64,000 bases of DNA from Promethearchaeota archaeon (GTDB lineage Archaea > Asgardarchaeota > Lokiarchaeia > Sigyniarchaeales > SOKP01), in contig JBHLOC010000002.1 in NCBI GenBank assembly GCA_048940925.1, positions 96,001 through 160,000 on the forward strand, written 5' to 3'. Below, in pieces: positions 40,331 through 50,645 of this stretch. Below the pieces are notes generated by a model. The model was not told the origin of the DNA and ran no database searches. It was given only the letters and a program-made list of their open reading frames with translations. Positions within the stretch are counted from its first letter, which is position 1; every line of letters starts with the position of its first letter. Position numbers and translations under genes: made by a program.

Positions 40331-40894
40331 ATGCAGTTAGATAATATTGACAAACAAATACTAAGAGAATTATATAAGGATGGTCGTCAGAGTTTAATTA
40401 CAATCAGTAAAAATGTAGTTAAATCTGATAAGGAAATTATGAGTCATACTGGAATTAAAAAACGAATTGATAAATTACAGAATTCGAATGTCTTAAAAAT
40501 TCAGGGGAATGTTAATATTGAAAACCTTAACTATAAGGCTATGATTATACTTTTAGAAATGAAAAGCTATGAAGATAAAAAAAACATAATCAAAGCCTAT
40601 TCCAAATGCCCCAGAATTTTTTTATTGGCACAAATTACAGGTCAATATAATGTCATAATGGGAATTGTAGGACAAACTGTGGAGGTTCTTCATAGATATA
40701 TAAATTTTTGTGGTCCCACAAATAAAGAAGGTATACTTCATTCAGATATTTTATTTATCTCACAATTGGATACTCCAAAATATAATCCCATCAACCTTTT
40801 TAGTGAAAAAAGTCAAGAATGTAGTTGTGGTAATATGTGTAAGAATTGTGAAGCATTTTTAGAGGGAAAATGTGAAGGATGTGGTAATTTTTAA
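40331..40894 (+). CDS. Lrp/AsnC-family regulator with C-terminal Cys cluster
   Basis: LDNIDKQILRELYKDGR HTH, ITGQYN, tail CSCGNMCKNC...CEGC. Confidence 0.85.
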   Translation: MQLDNIDKQILRELYKDGRQSLITISKNVVKSDKEIMSHTGIKKRIDKLQNSNVLKIQGNVNIENLNYKAMIILLEMKSYEDKKNIIKAYSKCPRIFLLAQITGQYNVIMGIVGQTVEVLHRYINFCGPTNKEGILHSDILFISQLDTPKYNPINLFSEKSQECSCGNMCKNCEAFLEGKCEGCGNF

Positions 40895-41101
40895 CCAAAC
40901 TTATTTTAGAATCCCCAAAAACTAACAGTTTTTTATCAGTTTAAAATTTAAACTTTTCTTTCGAAATTGTTTTAGAATTACACCAAGTGCTAGAGAATCG
41001 TTTAAATTTACCTAGATAAAAGAAAATATAAAAAGATTAATAATTTTTTATAAAATAAAGAATTATATTATGCTTTTAACTATTTTAATATAGGTGATTA
41101 C

Positions 41102-41359
41102 TTGATCATTGCAGATAAATATTTTGTTTCGACTTATGAAGAAAAAAGTAAGTTATTTTCATTATCGCCATCAAGTAAATTTATTTTATATTTATTAAAA
41201 CAAAGAGGAGCTTTAACTCAAAAAGAAATTTTAGAAAAATCTCTTCTCCCTAAACGCACAGTTGCATACGCTTTAAAAAGTCTTCAAGAAAACAAATTTA
41301 TCTCAAAATCAAAAGATATGAAAGATAAGCGCCTGAGCATTTTCGAAGTGAATATTTAA
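41102..41359 (+). CDS. Small MarR-like HTH protein
   Basis: LSPSSKFILYLL...LTQKEI...LPKRTVAYAL..L; GGTGA SD. Confidence 0.75.
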   Translation: MIIADKYFVSTYEEKSKLFSLSPSSKFILYLLKQRGALTQKEILEKSLLPKRTVAYALKSLQENKFISKSKDMKDKRLSIFEVNI

Positions 41360-41411
41360 CACTTTTTAAAAATATAATTTCCAATTAATTGAAAATAGGA
41401 GTTGATGTTTA

Positions 41412-41777
41412 ATGAATGAAAAACAAAAATATATATTATATGTTCAAACTAGTGATGAACCCGAACGTCAATATTCCCCTTTAGTTTTGGCTCAAACAGC
41501 TAAGGCCATGAACCTTAAAGCAACAGTTTACTATTTAGGGCAGGGTTTAAGAATCTTAAAACCAGGAGAATCAGAAAGAATAAAATTGGGAAATTTTCCC
41601 ACAGTAAGAGAGATGATTGACAAAACTCTAGAAGCAGGTGTAGAAATTCTAGTTTGTGAAGCATCAAAAAGAATGTTAGGTTGGGAAAAGGTAGACTTAA
41701 TTCCAGGTGCGAAAATAGTTGGTGCTGCTACATTAAATGATTTAGTTCTAGAAGCAGATGCTACACAATGGTTTTGA
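41412..41777 (+). CDS. DsrE/DsrF-like protein
   Basis: A..AKAM, GVEILVCEAS, GAKIVGAATL. Confidence 0.8.
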   Translation: MNEKQKYILYVQTSDEPERQYSPLVLAQTAKAMNLKATVYYLGQGLRILKPGESERIKLGNFPTVREMIDKTLEAGVEILVCEASKRMLGWEKVDLIPGAKIVGAATLNDLVLEADATQWF

Positions 41778-41834
41778 TCGGAGAAATAAAATTATTTTAG
41801 AACAGGGATTTTAAATTTATTAGTTAAAGAATTA

Positions 41835-43427
41835 TTATCCTAACTCTAACCTCTCTTCTATTTTTTTTATTGCATTAGAAGCGTGGATTCTTACTGTTCT
41901 GTGGAAATCATTTACCCTCTTCATTAAAACAGTTAAAGCTGTTTTCTCACCATATGTTTCTAATAATTTAATCAAACTTAATTTTACTTTAAAATGTTCT
42001 TCATCATTGGATCCTAAATGTTCGTTTAAAATTGCCATATTTTTATTGATCAATCTTTTAGCATTACTTTGATCATCTTTTAGCCTATACCAATTGTTTT
42101 GAAATATATTATAAATTGCATCTACAGCTACTTTTTTTATAAGCCAATAAGTTTCATCATCACTTAATATTTTAAGTAAATGTTCCATAGGTTTTAATAT
42201 TCCTATTTTACCTAAAGCAATTATTGAATTCTTTTTTACATCCAAATTTCTTATTTGTAATAAATCAACTAATGGTTTAACAAATTCCTCATTTCCTATT
42301 TCACCTAAGATAAAGGCGATACTTTCTCTTATTGTGTTGTTATCTCTTTTTAAATACGAATATAGATGATCATAAGATGAGTTTCTATTGTTAAGATAAA
42401 TTTTCTTTATTGCATCTAAGATATAGAGTTTCATATCTAAATCCGTATACTCGAAACTGATATCTTCAATATCCAAAACATCTAAAAGTTCCGGAACTGC
42501 TGTTAAGTCTCCAATCTCTCCCAGAGCTTCTATAGCTGCTATGCTTACTTCATTATATATATTATCCAAATTTGTGATTAATGAATCAACAGCAGTTTTA
42601 TACTTTAATTTTCCACATAATATAACGGCATTTTTCTTTACAATGAAATCATCAATTAGCAATAATTTAGTTATGTCTTTCTCAATTTCATGTCCTAAAA
42701 TTTTTAAAATTGTTATTGCAGAATCCATTAAATCAGAATCTTCTTCTTTCAAAATTTGGGTTATTACTTCTAATAAAACGGATTTATATTCAATTAAATT
42801 GTTCAAAATTTCAGGATATTTTATTTTTAAAAAGCTAACTTCTTCAAAAGAAACATTAATACTTGATAATTCATATCCAATTAATTTTATTAGTTGGATT
42901 TTGTGATTATTTGAAATTTTTTTACTTTTTAAACTATTTAATAACAGATTTATTAGAATATCTGGATTTAGACTTAATAGTTGTATTGTGACAAAATCTT
43001 TAATTGAGGGATATTCACTATCTAATTCATTAATAAATAATTTAATTTCTGGCTCATCAAACTTGATGTTCTGGATAGCTTTTAATACAGATAACTTAAT
43101 TTGACTATTCACTGGTTTTTGATCCAACATCCAATTCAAGGGTTTTAAGCATTTTTCATATTGTAAACTCCCAAGAGCCTTAGCTGCTTCACATTTCATT
43201 TCAATATTTTCTTCAGTAACCAATAGAGTCTCAAGGGTTTTAAAACATTCATCTTTTAATGAAGTTGAATTAATACTAACTAAGGCAAAATATTTAACCG
43301 CTTTTCTTCGATTACTTGTATCTTTCTCCACATCTATGATCTCTTTTAGCATTTGCATTGAATTTTTGAATCCAAACTCTTCGCATCTCTGATAAATTTC
43401 TCGAGGAGTTATCTTTGTTTTTACCAT
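41835..43427 (-). CDS. HEAT-repeat protein
   Basis: Repeated A..ALGEIG...AVP.L units. Confidence 0.85.
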   Translation of the reverse strand: MVKTKITPREIYQRCEEFGFKNSMQMLKEIIDVEKDTSNRRKAVKYFALVSINSTSLKDECFKTLETLLVTEENIEMKCEAAKALGSLQYEKCLKPLNWMLDQKPVNSQIKLSVLKAIQNIKFDEPEIKLFINELDSEYPSIKDFVTIQLLSLNPDILINLLLNSLKSKKISNNHKIQLIKLIGYELSSINVSFEEVSFLKIKYPEILNNLIEYKSVLLEVITQILKEEDSDLMDSAITILKILGHEIEKDITKLLLIDDFIVKKNAVILCGKLKYKTAVDSLITNLDNIYNEVSIAAIEALGEIGDLTAVPELLDVLDIEDISFEYTDLDMKLYILDAIKKIYLNNRNSSYDHLYSYLKRDNNTIRESIAFILGEIGNEEFVKPLVDLLQIRNLDVKKNSIIALGKIGILKPMEHLLKILSDDETYWLIKKVAVDAIYNIFQNNWYRLKDDQSNAKRLINKNMAILNEHLGSNDEEHFKVKLSLIKLLETYGEKTALTVLMKRVNDFHRTVRIHASNAIKKIEERLELG

Positions 43428-43916
43428 GAATATTCCCTTTATTTCAGCTTTTATTAAAAAATTACTTAAAGTTTTGTTTAATTATCAATGTAGATCACTA
43501 ATTATAAAAATATTTCCCAAATCATCCATAATGAAGGTAATCACCTACCCAAATTAAAAAAAATAATTGATATTGATTAATCTTCAATAAGAAATTTTAT
43601 TTTAAGATTAAATTTATAATCATTATTTTTTAAAATTAAAAAAATGATTTATTATAATAAATAATATTTAAATTATTGAAAATAATGTCTTATCATAGGG
43701 GTTGGTATTTGTAGAAGTGTTAAGCTTCCAATAATTCCAGGATATTTCAGATTATTTTTTAGTTTAGGAATATCCGTAATTGTATTTCTTATTGCAATTC
43801 ATAGAAAAATGAGAGATAATACCATATAAAGTCATCAGCATTTTGCTTTGTATAATATAAAATTTTTTTTATTATTAATTTGTATTTAAATCAAATTCTA
43901 TATTTATTTTTTAATA

Positions 43917-44687
43917 TTGCTTTTGTGTTTTATTAAAATAAAAAAAGATATGAGCTTGATTATGTCTATTCGTCAATCAATAAATAATGTACGTGCAAAA
44001 TTTTTCAATACAGTGACTAAATATACTTTTGTGAAATATTGTGGCTTAATTGTTATAATAGGGTATATATCATTGCTTATTATAGGCGTTATCATAGCAA
44101 CATTACTTGATCCAGAAGGGTATACAATATTGCGAAACTGGATTTCGGATCTAGGAGGAATTAATAACACTCCCGCTCCATATTTATATGATATTGCCTG
44201 TATAATTGCGGGATCCATGACTATTCCCTTTACATTTTATATGGAAAACCTGCTTGCGCCCATACCAAAGAAGAACAAATTAAATGAGCATAATTACTCT
44301 CGATTTCGTTTTCGATTAAGTAGTTCAGCGTTTTTATTTAGCCTTATCGGCAATCTTGGCTATATTGGTGTAGGGATATTTAGTGCGGACCGTGATTATG
44401 AATTTTTATCTATTATGGGACAAGGTCCACATAGCATTATGTCATTTCTAGCTTTTGGGGGTTTTACTCTAGGTGCTTTCTTTATGGGGTGGATGATAGT
44501 ATTATATGATACAAAAATTCCCAAAATTTTAGGAATTTATGGAATATTTGGTCCATTGGTTTTTTCTATTATTAATTTAATAGAAAGTACTCCATTATTA
44601 GAATGGCTATTACTCTTCTCTATTCTTATCTGGATAATACCACTCTTTTTAATAGTATTACAAAAACCTGAATTAGTCCCACAATAG
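43917..44687 (+). CDS. DUF998-like membrane protein
   Basis: GY...NWISDLG, GVGIF, H, EW motifs. Confidence 0.7.
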   Translation: MLLCFIKIKKDMSLIMSIRQSINNVRAKFFNTVTKYTFVKYCGLIVIIGYISLLIIGVIIATLLDPEGYTILRNWISDLGGINNTPAPYLYDIACIIAGSMTIPFTFYMENLLAPIPKKNKLNEHNYSRFRFRLSSSAFLFSLIGNLGYIGVGIFSADRDYEFLSIMGQGPHSIMSFLAFGGFTLGAFFMGWMIVLYDTKIPKILGIYGIFGPLVFSIINLIESTPLLEWLLLFSILIWIIPLFLIVLQKPELVPQ

Positions 44688-44758
44688 TTAGCAAATAATT
44701 AAATATCAAAATAGTTGTATTATTAAATATAACTCATCATTTTTTTTATAAATCCAAA

Positions 44759-45679
44759 ATGTCTAAATTTTGCATTAATTGTGGAAAACCTATAACTAAA
44801 GATGCTAAATATTGTCTTAATTGTGGTCAATCTATAATAGCAGATTTATCTCAAAAAACAGATTCAGAAAAAGAAGCCCTCCTACAATCTAAAAAAGAAG
44901 TTAAATATGTTCTGAGTTCTTCTCAACGAGATATCTTTTTAAAAAAGATTCTACCAACAATGGCAATAGGTTCAATGATATGGTTGTTTAGCGAAATAAT
45001 ATTTAGTATGATATTTATAGAAATTGAATTTGAAGGGCTATTTATAGCTTTTTACTTTTCAATGGTAATTCTGGAATGTTTATTGTTTATATTTCTATTT
45101 TTTTCATCTCGCGCTGATAATGTTCAATTAGGGCTTATTCTTTTCTTTTCAATTTGTTTTATTGCAGGAATTCTTAGTCTTCCAATAATAATGATAACAG
45201 ACTTTTTACCCCAGGTTCATATGTTTGTCAGTTTATCGTTTGGATCTATATTAATAGTCTGCTTTATTGGAGTTATTTTAAAAGGAAATTATTTTGCTAA
45301 AGGATATTTGTGGACACATATTATTCTCTTTATCATTGGAACTATAATTTTAGAAATAATTTTTATTGTAATCTTCCAAATCCATAATTATTTATTAACA
45401 ATTCCCGTATCGTTAGCATATATATTGATTGTAGCACTAACAACAATGTTTTATGGTTCTAAGGTTGTCCAAAAAAATGAAAAAGATCCTTGGTTATATC
45501 TTTTTTTTAAAATAGAAGGTATATTATTATTATCCTTGATAATAGCAGTAGTTGTCGTTGCAGTAGTACTTATAATCATTATAATTGGTGTTACATTGGG
45601 AGGTACTGACCTTAATCTCTCAGGTTTTGGTGGTTGGGGTAAAAAATCCAAAAAAAAAGGAGTTAGGAAAAAAGAATAA
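44759..45679 (+). CDS. Zinc-ribbon + multi-TM membrane protein (Bax inhibitor-1-like topology)
   Basis: FCINCG...YCLNCG followed by about 7 TM helices. Confidence 0.6.
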   Translation: MSKFCINCGKPITKDAKYCLNCGQSIIADLSQKTDSEKEALLQSKKEVKYVLSSSQRDIFLKKILPTMAIGSMIWLFSEIIFSMIFIEIEFEGLFIAFYFSMVILECLLFIFLFFSSRADNVQLGLILFFSICFIAGILSLPIIMITDFLPQVHMFVSLSFGSILIVCFIGVILKGNYFAKGYLWTHIILFIIGTIILEIIFIVIFQIHNYLLTIPVSLAYILIVALTTMFYGSKVVQKNEKDPWLYLFFKIEGILLLSLIIAVVVVAVVLIIIIIGVTLGGTDLNLSGFGGWGKKSKKKGVRKKE

Positions 45680-45723
45680 TCCTTTATTTAGTAAGAAAAA
45701 GCACATATAATTAGTAAAAGCAG

Positions 45724-45870
45724 CTAATCAAGATTATAATTTTTAAAAAAAAACTTGTGTCTTCCATGCCATTCAAGAGTTCCTGGTGATAAATAAGCAA
45801 TTGGAGCTTCTGACAACCTTTCTTTAAATTCTTGTGGTGTCAATTCTGCATATATTACTTTATTAGACAG
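45724..45870 (-). pseudogene. Creatininase-family N-terminal fragment
   Basis: YAELTPQEFKERLSEAPIAYLSPGTLEWHGRH, then breaks in a T run and stops. Confidence 0.7.
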
Positions 45871-46064
45871 AATTATTCATATTTAAGGTTTAGAGTTTCT
45901 TCATTAAAGCATTAAAATCTCTTGTATAATTAAAAAATCCAAAATTTTATAATCATTATCTTTATTTTTTTGGTTAAAAGTTCTTCTAAAGATTAATAAT
46001 TATTACGAGACTAATTATATCTATACTACAAATTTCTACTTTCTTCATTTAAAAATAACTTAAA

Positions 46065-46661
46065 ATGAATAGTAAGGAAAACAACAGAAATATCAAAAAC
46101 ACGGAAAAAATAGATGAAATTGCCGACGCAATTGAACAATCTATGAAAAAAGGTCATATTAGTACATTAATATTATTATCATTAGAGAAAGAACCTTCAC
46201 ATGGATATAAATTAACTGAAGAAATTCAAAAAGGTACCTATGGAGTTTGGGCTCCAACAGCTTCAGCATTATACCCTCACTTATCTTCATTAACAGAGAA
46301 AGGATTAATTGAATATACTACAGAATTAGATGGCAAAAGAGAACGAAAAGTGTATAATATCACACTCAAGGGAAAAGAGGCATTGAAAACGATTATTGAA
46401 CGGCAACAAAATATGGTAAAATCATTTCTTTCAATGTTATTTTCTACAATAGGGATAACTGATTCAACTATTCCTAATGAATTAGAAGGATTATTTGGAC
46501 CCGATATTATAGAAGTAGATTTATTGAATAAATCTGACCAGGAAAAAATAAAACTTTTATCCAAACGAAAGGTTGTACTTTCAAGGGTAGTTGATAAATT
46601 AAGTAATGTAGTGAATGATATTAATATGAGAATCGAAGATTTGCGAAGAAGCAAAGAATAG
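46065..46661 (+). CDS. PadR-family transcription regulator
   Basis: HGYKL, ALYPHL..L...GLI, RKVYNIT.KG. Confidence 0.88.
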   Translation: MNSKENNRNIKNTEKIDEIADAIEQSMKKGHISTLILLSLEKEPSHGYKLTEEIQKGTYGVWAPTASALYPHLSSLTEKGLIEYTTELDGKRERKVYNITLKGKEALKTIIERQQNMVKSFLSMLFSTIGITDSTIPNELEGLFGPDIIEVDLLNKSDQEKIKLLSKRKVVLSRVVDKLSNVVNDINMRIEDLRRSKE

Positions 46662-46780
46662 TAATTTATTCTTTCACATATTCTATTAATTTGATATTTC
46701 AAGTTCGACATACAAAAATATATATATAAGAATCTTACATATCTTGAAGACATTTCTATCCATAACTATTTTAAGATTAG

Positions 46781-47779
46781 GTGTTATTATTATTGAAGGT
46801 TTTATTAACAGGACCTTTTGGAAATGTAGGGTTGAGTACATTACACGAATTAATTAAAAGAAATCATGACGTCAGAGTTTTAGATATAAAATCTAAAAGA
46901 AATCATAGAATTGCAAAAAAGTATAAAGATCAAATAGAAATATGCTGGGGAGATATACAGAACTATATGTAGAAAAAGCAGTATCGAGATATAATTATCC
47001 ATACAGCAGCAATTATACTTCCGCTTGCTGATAAGAAACCAAAGTTTGCTGAGTCTGTCAATGTTGGTGGAACTTCAAATATCATTGAATCAATGCATAA
47101 TCAACCGCAGAAACCTAAAATCATCTTTACATCCTCAGTAGCAATATATGGAGGCAGGTTAGAAAATCCTTTAATTAGACCAAAAGATCCTCCTAATCCC
47201 AATCCGGATGATGCGTATGCAAAACAAAAGATTAAGTGTGAGGAAATAGTTAGAAATTCAGGATTAAAGTGGTCTATATTTCGTTTAACTTATATTGTAT
47301 CAATAAATAAATTACAAATGGATCCTCTCATGTTTGAAATGCCACTTGATACATGTATTGAAATCTGTGATACTAAAGATGTAGGTCTTGCTCTAGCAAA
47401 TGCTGTAGAAAATGATAAGATTTGGGGTACAGTAATGCATATTGCTGGAGGAGAACGGTGCCGGATTTCATATCGAGATTACCTTAATGAAATGTTAGAT
47501 CTTTTTGGCATTGGTCATCAATTCTTACCTGACGAAGCTTTCAGACAGGATCATGGTTTCCATTGCGGATTTAAGACAACAGATCAAAGTCAAAACCTTC
47601 TAAAATACCAAAAACATACTCTTGATGATTATTTTAATGACGTAAGAAAAAAAGTCTTCTTTTTGCGACTCTTTACCAAAATGATTAGACCAATTGCACA
47701 AAAATTTCTGCTAAATAAATCAGTTTATTACAAAGAATATATAAATAACTATCATCCTAAATCTACGATTAAAAACTAG
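46781..47779 (+). pseudogene. NAD-dependent epimerase/dehydratase, disrupted
   Basis: VLLTGPFGNVG, IIHTAA, FTSS, YAKQK; TAG at 46970 in a short out-of-frame stretch whose alternate frame reads VEKAVS. Confidence 0.75.
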
Positions 47780-48119
47780 TTAAATTTCAATCTTTTTTCA
47801 ATCCTTCTAAAAGGGTAATTCTTTCTTTTTCATTTATGTGACAAATATGATTAAAAAACTGAATAAAAATGTATGAAAATGATCACATTTTAATTCAATG
47901 TTTTTTATTTTCTATCATATAATTTCCTAAAAGTTTCAATCAGAATAATAATGATATATCTCTACTATCATCAATCTATAAACTGGTTATGTTGATAAAT
48001 AGAAAGAAATAAAAATGTTAAAAAAGAATAAAATCTAAAAAAAGAATTATTAAATTCAGAGATATATCAAAAAAGTATACAATCGTGTATAAAAAAAAGA
48101 GGTGGATGTGTAAAAATAC

Positions 48120-50063
48120 ATGAAGAATAATCAAAATCATCGGATTGGATACTATGCATGTCAATGAGGTATAAATATAAGGAGTAAAGTAGATTGCGAT
48201 GAGTTAACTGAATATGTAGCTAAAAACTTTGACGATGTTGTAATTTCTAAGAAAAATTCATTTCTATGAACTGATAATGCTCAAAAAGAGATAATTGAAG
48301 ATATTAGAGAAAAGAATTTAAATAGAATTGTGGCATCAGCTTGAACTCCACGTACTCATGAAGTAATTTATAGGGGCACAATTGCTAAAACTGATTTGAA
48401 TCCTTATTATTTTCAGATGGTAAATGTGCGTGAACACTGCTCATGGTGTACAGATAGTAGAGAAGAAGCTACAGAAAAGGCTAAAATCCTAGTAAAAAGT
48501 GGTATTGAAAGGGTTAAAAGATTAGAACCAGTTCCTATTAAGACAGTTCCGGTCACTAAAGCTACTTTAGTGATTGGAGCTGGTATTGCAGGGATGAATG
48601 CGGCTCTGGATCTAGCGAATCAAGGTATCAAGGTTTACTTAGTTGACTGTAAAACTACGATAGGAGGGAGAATGGCACAATTAGACAGAACTTTCCCGAC
48701 AGATGACTGTGCAATATGAATATGTGGTCCAAAAATGTTAGAAGTTAATAGAAATGAGAATATTGAATTATTGACTTATAGTGAAGTAAAGAATGTAGAA
48801 GGATATGTCGGTAACTACAGAGTAACAATTGAGAGGAAACCAAGATTTACTACAGATGAATGTAATGGATGTGGAGCCTGCGCTGAGGTCTGTCCAGTTT
48901 ATACGACAAATTATTTCGATGAACATTTAGGGGCACGAAAAGCAATTGATATATCATTTGGCCAAGCAGTACCTTTTTTATATGATATCGATCGAAACAC
49001 CTGTGTAGAATGTTTCTCTTGTGTAGACGCCTGTGAATTAGATGCCATAGATTTTAGTCAAGAACCAAAAGAACTTAAAATTGATGTTGGTACGATTATT
49101 ATAGCGACTGGATGGGATATATATGAACCTTTTGGTGAATACGGATATGGAGAATTTGAAAACGTTATAACTCAACCTCAATTAGAACGAATGTTAGCTC
49201 CAAATGGACCTCTTGAAGGCCATGTACACAGAATATCAGATAATAAAGAACCTAAAGAAATTGTATTTATACAATGTGTTGGAAGTCGAGAAACTGAACG
49301 AACATACTGTAGTGGTGTCTGTTGTATGCTTGCTCTAAAAAATGGAAGATTACTCTTAGAGGAATTTCCAGATGCAAATATTACAGTTTGTTATATTGAT
49401 ATTAGAACACCTGAAAAAGGATTTGAAGAGTATTACGAACGATCAAAGGAAGCGGGAATTCGAATGATTAGAGGAAAAGTAGGAGAAATCTCAGAAGATC
49501 CTGATACTAAAAATATTAAAGTTCGAGTGTATTCATCGCTTACTGATGAAATAATAATAATTGATGCTGATTTAGTAGTATTATCCACAGCAGCACTCCC
49601 TTCAAAAGGATCCGAACAAATTGTTAAACTTTTAAATCTAGATACAAATACGTATGGATTCCTTACAGAATCACACTTTGGGTTAATGCCCCAAGAGACA
49701 AAAACAAAGGGAATTTTTATTGCTGGATTTGCTCAAGGACCAAAAAATATTTCTTATTCAGTTTCTCAAGCCAGAGCTGCTGCCAGTAAAGTAGCAGAGT
49801 TAACAGCACCAGGAGAAATCGATATAGAAATGATTACAGCTGAAGTTGATAGTGAATTTTGTATATCATGCAGACGATGTGAAAAAGAATGTCCGAAAGG
49901 TGCAATTAAAATTAAGGAGGATATCGGAGCATTTATTGATGAGATAAATTGTGATGGATGTGGTATTTGTGCTACATGTTGTCCTACACAAGCTATTGAT
50001 ATAAGATATTATCGAGATCATCAATTATTTGCTGAGATTGATGGTCTTTTAGGAGGTGCGTAG
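48120..50063 (+). CDS. hdrA: Heterodisulfide reductase subunit A, selenoprotein with four Sec (U16, U50, U75, U200); 647 aa
   Basis: Single frame from ATG 48120. TGA at 48165, 48267, 48342 and 48717 each align with Cys in the downstream paralogues (CQU/CHC, FLUT/YTCS, SAUTPRTHE/ASCTPRTHE, DCAIUI/DCAICI). Confidence 0.92.
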
Positions 50064-50066
50064 ACA

Positions 50067-50537
50067 ATGAGTAAGTATAATTATAAGGTGGTAGCATTTG
50101 CGTGTATAAAATGAGGATATAGTGCAGCTGATTTAGCAGGAGTTTCCCGATTGAAATATACATCAGCTATAAAAATCATCAAAGTGCGTTGTACCGGAAG
50201 AATCGATCTAAAACATATACTCTACAGTATAAAATCTGGAGCTGACGGTGTTATGATTGTAGGATGAAGACCAAATGAATGCCAATTTAAAAAGGGTAAT
50301 TTTACGGCTGAAAAGCATGTAGAATTAGCAAACAGGATATTAGAATTGAGAGGTTTTGGAAGTCAAAGAGTAAATATGTACTGGGTAAGTGGAGCAGAAG
50401 CAGAAAAATTTGTGCGAAGTGTAGAAGATATTTTTTCGAAAGTGGAGAAAGTAGGTCCAAATCCGATAAATTTAATGGATATTAAACCAGAAATAAATAA
50501 AAAAGAAAAAGAACTAATTACAGCCCCTGTTGAATGA
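50067..50537 (+). CDS. vhuD: MvhD/VhuD [2Fe-2S] subunit, selenoprotein with two Sec (U16, U67); 156 aa
   Basis: FACIKUGYSAADLAG versus FLCNWCSYAGADLAG; VGURPNEC versus LGCHPGDC; TGA at 50112 and 50265. Confidence 0.92.
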
Positions 50538-50588
50538 TTCTTGTAAAAAATGCTAGTTACAAGAGGACTAGCCTTGCAATGGAGGGGG
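50523..50588 (+). promoter_or_regulatory. Eukaryote-like SECIS element
   Basis: AUGAU (50534-38), 8-bp stem UCUUGUAA/UUACAAGA, loop starting AAAA, GGAC (tandem GA/AG quartet); lower helix CCCCUGUUG/CAAUGG(A)GGG. Confidence 0.8.
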
Positions 50589-50645
50589 ATTATTAAATAT
50601 TATAATAGATATAGATCAAAAATTTTTAAAAAAAAGGTTTAAAAT

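Noticed and set aside
38584-47845. Shared ATGTGACAAA upstream of iscS (38584-93, minus) and hdrA (47836-45)
   Set aside because: A 10-mer in very AT-rich DNA, with a near copy inside the HEAT gene; not distinguishable from chance.
48120-50537. Genome-wide UGA reassignment, or pseudogenisation, as the cause of the in-frame TGAs
   Set aside because: TGA ends normal genes here (e.g. 41777, 53275) and Trp is TGG. All six internal TGAs fall on Cys positions and a SECIS-like element follows.
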